DNA of 62,383 nt, filler included, from Diploschistes diacapsis (taxonomy: Eukaryota): assembly GCA_023645945.1 (NCBI GenBank). It is 6 parts of 6 records of this genome, joined end to end, with 100 filler letters (N's around TTAATTAATTAA, not from the genome) between each part and the next. Parts side by side here need not be neighbours in the genome. Positions count along the whole stretch, not along the records: positions 52,099 to 62,383 come from JALAIB010000941.1; 5 more parts are not named here. One strand, written 5' to 3'. Positions 62,271 to 62,383 of this stretch are shown here, piece by piece. The notes under the pieces were generated by a model that had not been told where the DNA came from, did not search any database, and saw only the letters and a list, made by a program, of their open reading frames with translations. Each line of letters begins with the position of its first letter. The first letter of the stretch is position 1. Made by a program: the position numbers and the translations under genes.

Positions 62271-62383
62271 CTAGGCTGGCCGTCACTGACACTGACACGG
62301 CCGTGTCAGTGTCCGTGTTTTAGATTTTTTAGCTGCGGTGTCCGTGTCCGTGGATTCACGGAAATACAGTATCCGTATTAATA
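62271..62383 (-). mobile_element. Second, inverted copy of the ACACGG-repeat element end (runs off the window)
   Basis: Reverse complement matches about 61982-62118 except for a 24-bp indel and two substitutions. Confidence 0.85.

Noticed and set aside
41714..62383. Contigs 5 and 6 forming one Starship
   Set aside because: They are separated by an artificial linker; adjacency reflects length sorting only

Overview
Filamentous ascomycete (Pezizomycotina-type) DNA: short GT-AG introns with CTRAY branch sites and RIP-like AT-rich transposon relics. The window is not one locus. It is six unrelated contigs of about 10.3 kb, in descending length order, joined by 100-nt N/TTAATTAATTAA/N linkers. 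Contig 1: a candidate SRA-like + Cys-rich + AlkB-type dioxygenase gene, a peroxisomal acyl-CoA ligase, an alpha/beta hydrolase and the 5' part of SQT1. Contig 2: the CCH1 calcium channel. Contig 3: a full-length RIP-mutated Tc1/impala-like element, a GT71 mannosyltransferase, a divergent NOP1/RPL17 pair, a GT31 glycosyltransferase and an HSDL2-like SDR. Contig 4: an ABCC transporter and RAD2/XPG with a six-copy FEDV-type repeat. Contig 5: the 3' end of a DUF427 gene, then an accessory block (DUF6594 membrane protein head-to-head with a retropepsin-like protease, AsaB/CmcJ-like oxygenase, beta-lactamase-like hydrolase, aldo-keto reductase) and Fot1/RIP debris. Contig 6: a Gypsy gag relic, a decayed Starship-like cargo block (DUF3723, BTB) and an ACACGG-repeat TIR element with an inverted second copy around a copia fragment. 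Family assignments come from motif recognition by eye; no searches were run. No tRNA, rRNA or CRISPR array was seen.
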